Source of the DNA: Ignavibacteria bacterium
GTDB taxonomy: Bacteria; Bacteroidota; Ignavibacteria; Kapaibacteriales; UBA2268
Assembly: GCA_026416955.1 (NCBI GenBank)
Contig: JAOAEE010000036.1
Location: forward strand, 24,455-88,454
Length of the DNA stretch: 64,000 nt
Direction of reading: 5' to 3'
Part shown: in pieces, positions 54,763 to 64,000 of the stretch
How the letters are laid out: each line of letters opens with the position of its first letter
Position numbering within the stretch: position 1 is the stretch's first letter
The notes under the pieces: generated by a model
Told to the model about the DNA's origin: nothing
Seen by the model: the letters and a program-made list of their open reading frames with translations, nothing else
Database searches by the model: none
Position numbers and translations under genes: made by a program

Positions 54763-56874
54763 ATGGAAAGTGAAAATATCTCTACAACTACTGTTGGTTT
54801 GCCCGAAAATGCGCATAGGGAACTTAAACACGGAGAAGTATACCGACCAATTCTTCAACCAGAGTACAAATTTCCCGAAACAACTGCCTACTCTATTTCG
54901 CTTGGTTTGTTAATGGCAATTATTTTTTCGGCTGCTGCTGCTTATTCTGGCCTTAAAATTGGCCAGGTTATGGAAGCAGCAATACCTATATCAATTATTG
55001 CTGTTGGTATTTCCGCGGCAGCAAGAAAAAGAAAGGCTCTTGGACAAAATGTCATAGTCCAATCGATTGGTGCATCTTCTGGGGTAATTGTTGCTGGGGC
55101 TATTTTTACCATTCCTGCTCTTTATATTTTGAAACTAAATGCTTCGTTTTTCCAAATATTTTTTGCTTCGATGCTTGGCGGTTTTTTGGGGATTCTATTT
55201 TTAATTCCATTCCGTAAGTTTTTTGTTAAGGAAATGCACGGAAAATTTCCATTCCCCGAGGCAACAGCAATTACTGAAATCCTTGTAACTGGGGAAAAAG
55301 GTGGGAAAAGTGCTGGCGTTCTTGTAACAAGTGGAATTATTGGTGGGCTATACGACTTTTGCTTCTCTTCGCTCCACTTATGGAAGGAAACATTTACTTC
55401 CCGAGTTTTACCTTGGGGCGAAGTTATTGCCGATAAGTTGAAACTTCTTTTCCAACTCAATGTGAGCGCAATGATTTTTGGCTTTGGTTATCTGATTGGT
55501 TTGAAGTACTCCTTGATAATTACCATTGGTTCTTTCCTTTCTTGGTTTGTTATTATTCCATTGATTAACCAAATTGGTCAAATTGCGGCTGCAGGTTCTG
55601 GGGCAAATTTCTTTGCTGCTATGCCACCAGAACAAATTTTCTCCCAATTTGTAAGGCCCATAGGTATCGGGGCGATTGCAATGGCAGGAATAATTGGTAT
55701 TTTGAAATCGTATAAAATTATTGGTAATGCTTTTTCATTAGCAATTAAAGGATTTACTAAGAAGAAAAAACAATCGCAATACGATGCCGAGTTGCATTTG
55801 AGAACCCAAAAGGACATTTCGATGCATATTCTTTTGTTGCTTGTTGGTTTGACCATTGTTGGAATTTTTATTTTCTTGCTAATTGGTGTGAATATAACTC
55901 CATTGCAAGCAATTATTGCCTTGTTGACTGTTGTTATCATTTCTTTTCTTTTCACGTCAGTAGCTGCAAATGCAATTGCTATTGTTGGAACTAATCCAGT
56001 TTCGGGTATGACTCTGATGACTTTGATACTTTCCTCTTTAATATTAACCCAAGCCGGCTTATCGGGCAAAGAAGGGATGATTAGTGCATTAGTAATTGGG
56101 GGAATTGTTTGCACAGCATTATCGATGGCTGGTGGTTTTATTACAGACCTTAAGGTTGGTTATTGGATAGGTTCAACACCCTTGAAGCAAGAAAGTTATA
56201 AATTTCTTGGTGCTATTGTTTCAGCAGCAACCGTTGGTCTTGTTATTTTTATTCTCAACGCTTCGTATGGATTTACAAAAGAAGATTATGTTCGAAACCA
56301 AAATATTTTCACTCAGACTGAACTATTGATGATTGAAAATGGTACTGCCGACAAAGAATTGCTCGATAGATATGCGAAAGCCTTAAATGCTGCCGAACCC
56401 TTGGTTGCTCCCCAAGCAAATGCAATGGCAGCTGTAATCCAGCCCCTTATGTCGCCACAAGCAAAAGTAGATTGGATATTATATCTTGTTGGTGTATTTA
56501 TTGCTTTATTTGTTAATTGGTTGGGAATTTCTCCTTTGGCCTTCGCTTTGGGTATGTATCTACCACTTCCTTTGAATACTCCCTTGCTTGTTGGTGGTTT
56601 AATCTCCCACTTTGTACAAAAATGGACAAAAGAAGAGAAGTTACGAAGTGCACGAGTGCAAAGAGGAACATTAATTGCTAGTGGATTTATGGCTGGGGCG
56701 TCTCTCTTTGGTGTCGTCGGGGCTTTGTTGTTATTCTTCAAAGTTCAACTTTATAAATTTGTTGGAGATTGGGGAGAATCCAATGCAGCCGAATGGCTAA
56801 GCATAATTATGTTTGCTCTTTTGATTTTATACTTTGTTTTGGATACTCTTTCTGCAAAACCCGATAAAGAATGA
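54763..56874 (+). CDS. OPT-family oligopeptide transporter
   Basis: About 16 predicted TMs. N-terminal AAAAYSGLKIGQVMEAAIPISI, and ITDLKVGYWIGSTP, are typical of bacterial OPT proteins. Confidence 0.9.
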   Translation: MESENISTTTVGLPENAHRELKHGEVYRPILQPEYKFPETTAYSISLGLLMAIIFSAAAAYSGLKIGQVMEAAIPISIIAVGISAAARKRKALGQNVIVQSIGASSGVIVAGAIFTIPALYILKLNASFFQIFFASMLGGFLGILFLIPFRKFFVKEMHGKFPFPEATAITEILVTGEKGGKSAGVLVTSGIIGGLYDFCFSSLHLWKETFTSRVLPWGEVIADKLKLLFQLNVSAMIFGFGYLIGLKYSLIITIGSFLSWFVIIPLINQIGQIAAAGSGANFFAAMPPEQIFSQFVRPIGIGAIAMAGIIGILKSYKIIGNAFSLAIKGFTKKKKQSQYDAELHLRTQKDISMHILLLLVGLTIVGIFIFLLIGVNITPLQAIIALLTVVIISFLFTSVAANAIAIVGTNPVSGMTLMTLILSSLILTQAGLSGKEGMISALVIGGIVCTALSMAGGFITDLKVGYWIGSTPLKQESYKFLGAIVSAATVGLVIFILNASYGFTKEDYVRNQNIFTQTELLMIENGTADKELLDRYAKALNAAEPLVAPQANAMAAVIQPLMSPQAKVDWILYLVGVFIALFVNWLGISPLAFALGMYLPLPLNTPLLVGGLISHFVQKWTKEEKLRSARVQRGTLIASGFMAGASLFGVVGALLLFFKVQLYKFVGDWGESNAAEWLSIIMFALLILYFVLDTLSAKPDKE

Positions 56875-57944
56875 GTATAGAAGAGAAATTTAAGCCAAAG
56901 AACACCAAAGTCAGAAGAATAATAAATATTTCTATATCTTTAATATTACTGATTCTTCTGGTATATTTATCCTTGAAAGGATTAGATTTACAATCTTTGG
57001 CAAAATACATTGTTTCTGCGAATTATTGGTGGGTGTTGCTTTCTATTCCAGTTGGATTAGCCTCGCATTGGGTGAGAGCATTGCGATGGAAAACAATGTT
57101 GAAGCCAATAGCAAATCCCCATTCAACTTGGAACCTATTTTCCGCTGTTATGGCTGGCTATGCAGTGAACAATATAGTACCACGCGGTGGTGAATTGCTC
57201 CGACCCTATTACTACAGCAAACGCGAAAAAATATCTTTTACGATGACTTTTGCTACAATCGTTGTGGAAAGGTTTATCGATTTGATTTCTCTTCTTTTGG
57301 TATTCGTCCTTGCCTACTACTTTTTCCGAAATCAATTGAAAATGGCTTTGCCAAATTTACATATCGAAAAAATAATTTACCCAACAATTTTGATTATTAT
57401 CGTTGGAATACTAAGTTTCTACAAGAAGTGGATTGACTTTGTTCTAATGAAGGTTGTTCGACCAATTTCGAAAAAGTTTTATTCGAGATTGCTTGAACTT
57501 TTCGAAAAATTTTTTCTTGGATTAACAGTAATAAAGCAACCATCTCAATACATTCAACTTGCTTTAGAATCCCTACTTATTTGGTTTTTGTACACAGTTC
57601 CTCTATATTTGATGTTTTTTTCTTTTAGTTTTTCCTATTCATACAATTTAGGTTTCGACGACGCAATTCTTTTGATAATCATTTCTGGAATTGGTTATAC
57701 TATTGCACCGACCCCGGGGGCAATTGGTTTCTACCACTACCTTATTCAAAATGCCTTGAACAAGTTATATGGCATAAGTATGGAAGAATCCTTGGCTTAT
57801 GCAACTGTAACCCACGCAGTAAACTTTTTAACCCAAGTACTTGTTGGTGGAATATTCCTTTTACGAGAAAACCTAAGTTTGCTTCCAAGTTTAAATCCCA
57901 ATGAACTTGAAGGAAATGGAAAAAATCCGACTTCGAACGAGTAA
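56871..57944 (+). CDS. Flippase-like / lysylphosphatidylglycerol-synthase TM-region (UPF0104) family membrane protein
   Basis: ALRWKTML...NNIVPRGGELLRPYY. Eight or so TMs. ATGA overlap with the OPT gene. Confidence 0.75.
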   Translation: MSIEEKFKPKNTKVRRIINISISLILLILLVYLSLKGLDLQSLAKYIVSANYWWVLLSIPVGLASHWVRALRWKTMLKPIANPHSTWNLFSAVMAGYAVNNIVPRGGELLRPYYYSKREKISFTMTFATIVVERFIDLISLLLVFVLAYYFFRNQLKMALPNLHIEKIIYPTILIIIVGILSFYKKWIDFVLMKVVRPISKKFYSRLLELFEKFFLGLTVIKQPSQYIQLALESLLIWFLYTVPLYLMFFSFSFSYSYNLGFDDAILLIIISGIGYTIAPTPGAIGFYHYLIQNALNKLYGISMEESLAYATVTHAVNFLTQVLVGGIFLLRENLSLLPSLNPNELEGNGKNPTSNE

Positions 57945-59091
57945 TATTCAAAGAATTGAAAGTGGGCATCTTTGGATTTACAGCAATGAACTTTCCTTTG
58001 TTCCAAAACTTGAACCGGGCACGATAGTCGAAGTTTTTACTCCCGAAGGCAAAAGCCTTGGTCTTGCATTTTTCAATCCCCACAGTTTAATTTCCCTTCG
58101 TCTGTTGAAAATTTCAATTGTTGATGATGTTTTGCGGACAATTAAGTTTAGAATATACAAAGCAAAACAACTTCGAGAAAAGATTTTTCCAAACGAAAAC
58201 TGCTATAGGTTGGTTTATGCGGAATCCGATTGTCTCCCCGGGTTAATAATCGATAGGTTTTCGGATTATTTCGTTGTTCAGGTGAATTCTGCTGGAATGG
58301 AAAAATTTATCGAGAAAATTCCTCCAATTTTGTGTGAACTTTTTCCTAATTGTAAGGGTATAATCGCAAAAAACAATACTCATTTTCGGAAACTCGAAGG
58401 ATTGGATACTTACGAGAAGGTATTGTACGGAGAGATTCCCGAAGAAGTAATTGTTGTCGAAAGTGGAGTGAAATACATATTGAACTTTTTCGAGGCACAG
58501 AAAACTGGATTGTTTTTAGACCAGAAATTGAACAAACGTTTCATTCGTCGCATTTCATCTAATTTGCGTGTACTGGATTGTTATTCCAACTTTGGTGGTT
58601 TTGCTTTGAACTCGGCATTAGGTGGAGCAAGGGATGTAACACTTGTCGATATTTCGGATAATGCTCTAAAATATGCAAAGAAAAATTTTGAACTCAATGG
58701 ATTGAAGAATGGCTACTTTGTTTGTTCCGATGCATTGGAATTTTTACGCACTGAGTACCAAAAAGAAAAAAAGTACGACCTTGTGATATTGGACCCACCT
58801 TCTTTCACCAAAAGCAAGAAAAATGTGGAAACCGCTATTGCAGGTTACCATCAAATCAACAAATATGCAATGAGAGTTGTTGCCGACAATGGTTTTCTTG
58901 CGACTGCAAGTTGTTCAATGCATATCGACGAGCCAACTTTCTTGAAAATAATCCAAGATGTGGCTTTTTCCCAGAAATACCAACTTAAATTAATTTATCG
59001 TGGAGGTCAAGCACCCGACCATCCAATTCTTTTGCCAATGCCAGAAACTCGTTATCTAAAATTTTTTGTGTTTCAAGTTTTAAAGGGTTAA
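57916..59091 (+). CDS. rlmI: Class I SAM-dependent rRNA (cytosine-C5) methyltransferase, RlmI-like (PUA plus MTase)
   Basis: GHLWIYSNEL (PUA), KTGLFLDQ, LDCYSNFGGF (motif I), LDPPSF (motif IV). An alternative start lies at 57901. Either start overlaps the upstream gene. Confidence 0.85.
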   Translation: MEKIRLRTSNIQRIESGHLWIYSNELSFVPKLEPGTIVEVFTPEGKSLGLAFFNPHSLISLRLLKISIVDDVLRTIKFRIYKAKQLREKIFPNENCYRLVYAESDCLPGLIIDRFSDYFVVQVNSAGMEKFIEKIPPILCELFPNCKGIIAKNNTHFRKLEGLDTYEKVLYGEIPEEVIVVESGVKYILNFFEAQKTGLFLDQKLNKRFIRRISSNLRVLDCYSNFGGFALNSALGGARDVTLVDISDNALKYAKKNFELNGLKNGYFVCSDALEFLRTEYQKEKKYDLVILDPPSFTKSKKNVETAIAGYHQINKYAMRVVADNGFLATASCSMHIDEPTFLKIIQDVAFSQKYQLKLIYRGGQAPDHPILLPMPETRYLKFFVFQVLKG

Positions 59092-59092
59092 T

Positions 59093-59929
59093 GTGGGTGA
59101 ATTAATTTATGCTATAATCATTGGAATTATCCAAGGGCTAACAGAGTTTTTGCCAATTAGCAGCACTGCCCATATGACAATTGTTGCGAAACTTCTTGGT
59201 TCAAAAGCCTTTTCCGACCCAAAAGTTTGGACAGCAACAATGGCTACGATACAATTGGGCACACTTGCCTCGCTACTTTATTACTTTAGGAAAGATTTGC
59301 GTTCGATTGGGAAGAGTTTTCTTACTGAAAGACCCTCGTATGCCAAAGTTGCCGTTCAAGTTGCTTCGCCCGAGGCAAAGTTAGGTTGGATGATTGCTAT
59401 TGGTTCGGTTCCCATTTTCTTCTTTGGGTACTTTTTGCAAGAATTCATCGAAGGAGAATTTACTAAAAGTCTTTGGACAATTAGTATTTCATTGGTTGCT
59501 GTGGCTTTGATTATGTTATTGGCTGAAAGAATAGGGAAGTTTTCTAAATCTACCAACGACATTACTGCATTCGAGGCTTTTCTAATCGGAATTGCCCAAG
59601 CTCTTGCCTTAATTCCGGGAGTTTCGCGCTCGGGAGCTACAATCACAACCGGGTTACTTTTGGGAATGAAAAGAGACGAAGCTGCTAAGTTCTCGTTCTT
59701 GCTGAGTATCCCAGCAGTTTTTGTAAGTGGCCTCTACGAGTTTATTTACCATTTCGAATTGATTTCTAAACAGAATTTAACTTTCCTTTTTGTTTCGTTG
59801 ATTTTTGCTTTTTTGTCTGGAGTATTTGCAATTAACTTTCTCTTAAAATTTTTAAAGACAAAATCTACTCTTGTTTTCATCGTTTATAGAATAGTTCTTG
59901 GTTTAGTTATTATTGCTTTTTTGTTATGA
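59093..59929 (+). CDS. uppP: Undecaprenyl-diphosphate phosphatase
   Basis: GTG start. IIQGLTEFLPISSTAHM and PGVSRSGATI. Confidence 0.93.
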   Translation: MGELIYAIIIGIIQGLTEFLPISSTAHMTIVAKLLGSKAFSDPKVWTATMATIQLGTLASLLYYFRKDLRSIGKSFLTERPSYAKVAVQVASPEAKLGWMIAIGSVPIFFFGYFLQEFIEGEFTKSLWTISISLVAVALIMLLAERIGKFSKSTNDITAFEAFLIGIAQALALIPGVSRSGATITTGLLLGMKRDEAAKFSFLLSIPAVFVSGLYEFIYHFELISKQNLTFLFVSLIFAFLSGVFAINFLLKFLKTKSTLVFIVYRIVLGLVIIAFLL

Positions 59930-60666
59930 AATTAGGTTTTATATTTCTTATTTCCCTCCTTTTGTTTGCAAACGCGTGCAAAAAGGCTAATGAATCCAAT
60001 TCCTATTCTTCAAAAAATAATTTAGATACAACTGATAAAACCTACAAAGAAGTTATACCAGTTTCGAAACTTAAATTCGATATTCAGCTTAATCCCGATT
60101 CGATAAAAATTACGCACTATGCCACATTGAGAACTACCTTTGGTGATATCAAAATTGCTCTTTACGGCGAAGATGCTCCCAAGACAGTGAAAAACTTTGT
60201 TTCCCTTGCCCGACAAGGTTATTTCGATAATACTCTTATACACAGAGTAGCTAAAAATTTCCTTATTCAAATGGGTGATGGTAATACCAAGTACATATCG
60301 AAAAGAAACGAGTGGGGAAAAGGGGGGAAGAGCATTTATAGTGGTTATTTCAAAGATGAAATTAATTTGAACTCGATTCTATACAAAGTTGGTTATACTT
60401 ATGGAACGGTCGCTATGGCAAATAGTGGACCTAACAAGAATTTAAGCCAATTCTTCATTTGCCTCGACGAAGCAATAGAATTGGACAAAAAGTATACAAT
60501 TTTTGGTAAAGTTGTCGAAGGTTTTGATGTAATCGATAAAATTGAAATGCAAGAGATTATCCCATTCAAGTTCGATAGTTTAGATGGTATCCCTAAAAAT
60601 CCAATTAAAATAAATAAAGTTTTGATTTCGGAAAACAAATCTTTTAAAAAAAGTAATCAAAAATAA
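59926..60666 (+). CDS. Peptidyl-prolyl cis-trans isomerase (cyclophilin type), lipoprotein
   Basis: Lipobox LFANAC. IHRVAKNFLIQMGD and GTVAMANSGPNKNLSQFFI. ATGA overlap with uppP. Confidence 0.9.
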   Translation: MKLGFIFLISLLLFANACKKANESNSYSSKNNLDTTDKTYKEVIPVSKLKFDIQLNPDSIKITHYATLRTTFGDIKIALYGEDAPKTVKNFVSLARQGYFDNTLIHRVAKNFLIQMGDGNTKYISKRNEWGKGGKSIYSGYFKDEINLNSILYKVGYTYGTVAMANSGPNKNLSQFFICLDEAIELDKKYTIFGKVVEGFDVIDKIEMQEIIPFKFDSLDGIPKNPIKINKVLISENKSFKKSNQK

Positions 60667-60672
60667 AATACC

Positions 60673-61965
60673 TTACCAGTATTTAATCACTTTTTTGATT
60701 TTACTACCTAAAAGAAGAAAATAAATTCCCGATGGAAATCTGTTCAAATCGATAACTACTTTTTCTTTGTACTCAAACTCTTTGAAATAGATACATTCCC
60801 CGTAAAGATTAAACAATTTCAATTCTTTTCCAATTCCTTCATCGCCTTCGATAGTAAGTTCGCTGTTTTGGGGGGTTAGAATGTAGGTATCCTTTTCATT
60901 TGTTTCTTCGTTTACATTGGTTGTGTAAACGATAATTTGATTTAAGTACTTCCAAATGCTATCGCTTAACGACATTGTTAGGTCGAAGGAAGTATCGTCG
61001 CCCATACGAACTATTACCAAAGAATGTTTAAAAGAGACATTCAAAACTTGCCCATCTTTTCCCAACGCTGCAATTAAATCTTCGGGAGCGTATTTGAACA
61101 AAGGTCCTTTAAAGGTAAATTGAAAATTTGGTACCATAAAACTTTCTTTTCCGTTGAGCCAAAAAAGATATCCATAGGATTTATTTAATGATTGGGATGT
61201 GTTTATCATTTCGTTGTAGTATTTTTCTGGAATAATTCTTATAGTTTCCCAAACGCCTTTGTTCAAAAGGAGAATTCCAAATCGAGCCATCGACCGAGCA
61301 TTACTGAAATACACATTGTTGTAGCCTACTTTCACCCATAGTCCATTCATACCGATTTTATTACGAATTTTTTGGCTGAAGTATATGTTGTAATTTTTCC
61401 CCGTTGCTTTTTCAACAACTTTTTCTAAAAGCGTATACGGAGCGTTGTGGTATGCCCAGCGAGTTCCTGCATCGGCTTTATATTTGAGACACTCGGGCTT
61501 AGTGCAATAAGGGTCTTCCACCTCGTCGTCCAAACCAGTTGTCATAGTCAATTGGTGTCGAATTGTAATTAAATCCTCTTTTTCCTTTGGGCAATTTGTC
61601 CAACCTTCGCCAAGATATTTGCTTGTCTTGTCAGAAATAGACAAATATCCTTCTTCTTGTGCTATTCCAACTAATGCAGCGGTCAAAGTTTTCCCAGCCG
61701 AAGCCCATTTCCAAACACTATCTTGGGAAAATCTTCCGAAGTATTTCTCAAGGACAATTTTTCCTTCTTTCAATACGATAAATGCTTTCGTATTGTTTCT
61801 TTCAAGGAAATTGTATAGCGGAGGGATAGCGTCGGTGTTCCAACCAAGCTCTTGCGGTGGAACACTGTCCCAACTCGGTCCATCAATTGGTGGGAAGTAT
61901 ACAATTTGGCTAAAACCTTGGAAGAACATCAAAGGAAAAAGCAAACAAAGTAAACGAAATTTCAT
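60673..61965 (-). CDS. Serine hydrolase (beta-lactamase/transpeptidase-like) with a T9SS C-terminal sorting domain
   Basis: S-x-x-K (ASAGKT) and Y-x-N (YHN). CTD LKLFNLYGECIY...PSGIYFLLLGSKIKKVIKYW. Confidence 0.8.
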   Translation of the reverse strand: MKFRLLCLLFPLMFFQGFSQIVYFPPIDGPSWDSVPPQELGWNTDAIPPLYNFLERNNTKAFIVLKEGKIVLEKYFGRFSQDSVWKWASAGKTLTAALVGIAQEEGYLSISDKTSKYLGEGWTNCPKEKEDLITIRHQLTMTTGLDDEVEDPYCTKPECLKYKADAGTRWAYHNAPYTLLEKVVEKATGKNYNIYFSQKIRNKIGMNGLWVKVGYNNVYFSNARSMARFGILLLNKGVWETIRIIPEKYYNEMINTSQSLNKSYGYLFWLNGKESFMVPNFQFTFKGPLFKYAPEDLIAALGKDGQVLNVSFKHSLVIVRMGDDTSFDLTMSLSDSIWKYLNQIIVYTTNVNEETNEKDTYILTPQNSELTIEGDEGIGKELKLFNLYGECIYFKEFEYKEKVVIDLNRFPSGIYFLLLGSKIKKVIKYW

Positions 61966-62020
61966 TTAATCCACAGTAATAATTAAATAATTAGACATAA
62001 GAAATTAAGAAAAGTTTAAA

Positions 62021-64000
62021 TTACTTAAAATTATCTTCAATAATGCGAATTTCCTCTTCCGTCAAACCATAAATTTGGTAAACAAGTCGGTCGATTTGTT
62101 CGTCAATTGAACGAATTTCTTCTTCAATTTTTAGTCGTTCGTCAGTAAATTTTACTCCAATTTCGTTCAGTTTTCTATTCAGGTCTAACATTCTGTCAGC
62201 TAGGAAAATTAAAGGTGTTTGATCATCTAAATGAAGTTTCTTAATAGGTATCCTACTTGAATATTTATTATCGAAATGCATTGTTCTAATAGCACGAAAA
62301 TAGATAAAGTAATATGCATAAAATGAAATAAGTTTAGAGTTTAGTAATGATAGAATATATTTAATATTAAAATTTGTATCATAAATTTTAATATTGTTTA
62401 CGGTATCTAAAACCAATAATCCAGTGTGTTCATAAGTGCAAGTTATTCTAATATGGTCCTTAATGTGTGCAACAATGTTTTGCGCTAAAATTCTAGGTCC
62501 TTTGAACTTATTAATTTTTTTTAGAAATTTATTTAATTCCGTAGGATTTACATAACAAAATGTTCCCTTTATAATGTATCTATCAACTTGTTTGCCACCA
62601 ATTACTGGAACAAGGTTTTTTTCATAGTTGTTAGATTTGCATAACTTTTGAATTCCAATACCTCTAAAATTTTCACTTATCTCCCCTAAGAAAACTGATT
62701 GTTGGGTTAGTTTATTATAAATACTCCTTATCTTTGGATCAAAAACAAACATAGAATGATTAATAATTTCTTTTTGCTCTATTTTGTTTTCCAGCGCTTT
62801 TCTTGAATTAGTTAACGTTTTCAGAACAACTGGTTTGTCTAAGTTTGGATGACACTTTTTGATAATAATAATGACCTGCTCTAATCTAACATCCTTGAAT
62901 GCTTTACTTACATCCAAAATTTCCAAGATTTGTGAATTTTGTAATAAAAATTGCCGAATTTTGTACCAAGAATTAACATACAAAAAAGATTTAGGAATAA
63001 TAAACCCTAAACATCCATTCTGTTTTAGCAAATCATAGCTTCTTTTTAAAAAAAGAGCAGCAGAATTGATCACACCTTTTGATAATTTGTAGTAAAACCT
63101 TAAATTTTGTAATGGGTCTTTTGAACCAATTGTAGAATATGGTGGGTTACCAATAACAACATCAAATCCGCCTTCGTCCATAATTTCTTTGAATTCTTCC
63201 TCCCATTTAAATGCTCGTTCTCGGGCAATTTCTGGGTCGTCGATTAGTGAATTGCCACATTTTATGTTGTTTTGTAGCAAAGGTAATCTTTGTCCTCGTT
63301 CGGCAATTTTCAAAAGTAGGTTCAATTGTGAAATTTCCACAGCCTGTTTGTCCAAATCGACACCAAAAATGTTGTTCATAAGAATCTTTACTTTTCTGTC
63401 GAAGTGTAATCCAGTGGAAAAATCCATTTCTGTTTGGTCGTAGCTTTTATCGTGTTGAGAATAATATTCATTTAAAACATCGAAGGCTTTGATTAAAAAA
63501 GAACCAGAACCACAGGCTGGGTCGAGTATTCGTAGTTTTTCTACTTCTTCTGGTTTCTTATTTTTTAAAATTTCACCTAAAGTGTTTCTAACAATGTAAT
63601 CGACAATGTAAGTTGGGGTATAGTAAATCCCTTGTTCTTTGCGATGGGCTTGGCTTACTGTTAATTTTGTACGCTTTTGAGTCTTTTTCAATATATGGCT
63701 AAGATATTGTTCATAGATATTTCCAAGCACATCTGCCTCAATATTGGCGAAGTCGTAAGTAATAGATTTGTCTTTGGAATAATGCAACCCATTAATAATT
63801 TCGGCAAGTATAGAGTCTTCTATTTTTAGTTGGTCGCAAAGGTGGGGAGAAAATATTTTGCTATTATATGTATTGTTGAACTCTTCGAAAATTTTTCGCA
63901 AAGATAAGAATAAAGGTTTGGATCTTTCACTTGATTTCCAATTATTAAGAGCTGGAAGAAGTTTTCTTTCCTCAAGTTCACGGTCTTCACAGTTTCGAAT
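62021..64000 (-). CDS. Eco57I/type IIG-like N6-adenine DNA methyltransferase with a TaqI-like C-terminal specificity domain. The N-terminus lies beyond the window.
   Basis: Motif I LDPACGSGSFL, motif IV VIGNPPYS. TRD-like PVIGGKQVDRYII. C-terminal YQIYGLTEEEIRIIE. The frame stays open from 63901 to the window edge, so the TTG at 63901 is probably internal. Confidence 0.85.
   Translation of the reverse strand: MRNCEDRELEERKLLPALNNWKSSERSKPLFLSLRKIFEEFNNTYNSKIFSPHLCDQLKIEDSILAEIINGLHYSKDKSITYDFANIEADVLGNIYEQYLSHILKKTQKRTKLTVSQAHRKEQGIYYTPTYIVDYIVRNTLGEILKNKKPEEVEKLRILDPACGSGSFLIKAFDVLNEYYSQHDKSYDQTEMDFSTGLHFDRKVKILMNNIFGVDLDKQAVEISQLNLLLKIAERGQRLPLLQNNIKCGNSLIDDPEIARERAFKWEEEFKEIMDEGGFDVVIGNPPYSTIGSKDPLQNLRFYYKLSKGVINSAALFLKRSYDLLKQNGCLGFIIPKSFLYVNSWYKIRQFLLQNSQILEILDVSKAFKDVRLEQVIIIIKKCHPNLDKPVVLKTLTNSRKALENKIEQKEIINHSMFVFDPKIRSIYNKLTQQSVFLGEISENFRGIGIQKLCKSNNYEKNLVPVIGGKQVDRYIIKGTFCYVNPTELNKFLKKINKFKGPRILAQNIVAHIKDHIRITCTYEHTGLLVLDTVNNIKIYDTNFNIKYILSLLNSKLISFYAYYFIYFRAIRTMHFDNKYSSRIPIKKLHLDDQTPLIFLADRMLDLNRKLNEIGVKFTDERLKIEEEIRSIDEQIDRLVYQIYGLTEEEIRIIEDNFK

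Noticed and set aside
55578-56114. 178-aa ORF on the minus strand inside the OPT transporter gene, along with 55122-55460, 55408-55647 and 56313-56741
   Set aside because: These lie fully antisense to a confidently identified, motif-bearing CDS. Their composition is low-complexity and I/P/A-rich, as expected from reading a membrane-protein gene backwards. They are shadow ORFs.
1-64000. Search for CRISPR arrays, IS elements or transposases, integrases, phage genes, rRNA, tmRNA, RNase P and SRP RNA
   Set aside because: I saw no direct-repeat/spacer arrays, no DDE or tyrosine-recombinase-like ORFs, and no inverted terminal repeats. I found no matches to the conserved cores I know: GAGGAAAGTCC for RNase P, or a tRNA-like 3' end plus tag ORF for tmRNA. 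The only RNA gene supported is tRNA-Val.

Overview
AT-rich chromosomal segment of a diderm bacterium. It fits the FCB superphylum best (Ignavibacteria/Bacteroidota-like). At least five proteins end in T9SS-type C-terminal sorting domains. There are also two CarboxypepD_reg/TonB-type barrels, a PorV/PorQ-like barrel, LptF/G, an LpxL-type acyltransferase and DsbD. Many genes have clear Shine-Dalgarno sites. I support about 46 protein genes and one tRNA-Val(CAC). I saw no rRNA, CRISPR array, transposase or integrase. Most content is housekeeping: GTP-PEPCK, GH57, ffh-rpsP, ugd, peroxiredoxin, RNase R, MutS2, pepT-OPT, uppP and a cyclophilin. Five loci deserve a second look. (1) At 36.4-51.8 kb, an ECF sigma/anti-sigma pair precedes a co-directional envelope module: BNR/T9SS cargo, a 1060-aa TonB-type barrel, a 1551-aa orphan protein with a divergent CTD, a dedicated PorV/PorQ-like barrel, and a GWxTD protein coupled to an LpxL-like acyltransferase. 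This is my best candidate for an undescribed system. (2) At 15.2-17.9 kb there is a tight operon of Rieske protein, His-rich 4-TM protein, YceI and a CXXCH protein with a T9SS CTD. (3) At 25.5-26.5 kb there is a ~1 kb ORF-free region with nested helices, upstream of a Cys/His-rich protein and a TonB-receptor gene. (4) Single-gene oddities include a patatin-POTRA-Omp85 fusion, a lipoprotein serpin, a histidine kinase with a degenerate ATPase domain, and a GAF protein with a degenerate GGDEF domain. (5) A very AT-rich Eco57I/type IIG-like adenine methyltransferase runs off the right edge. All calls come from motif recognition by eye on the supplied translations and DNA. No searches were run.
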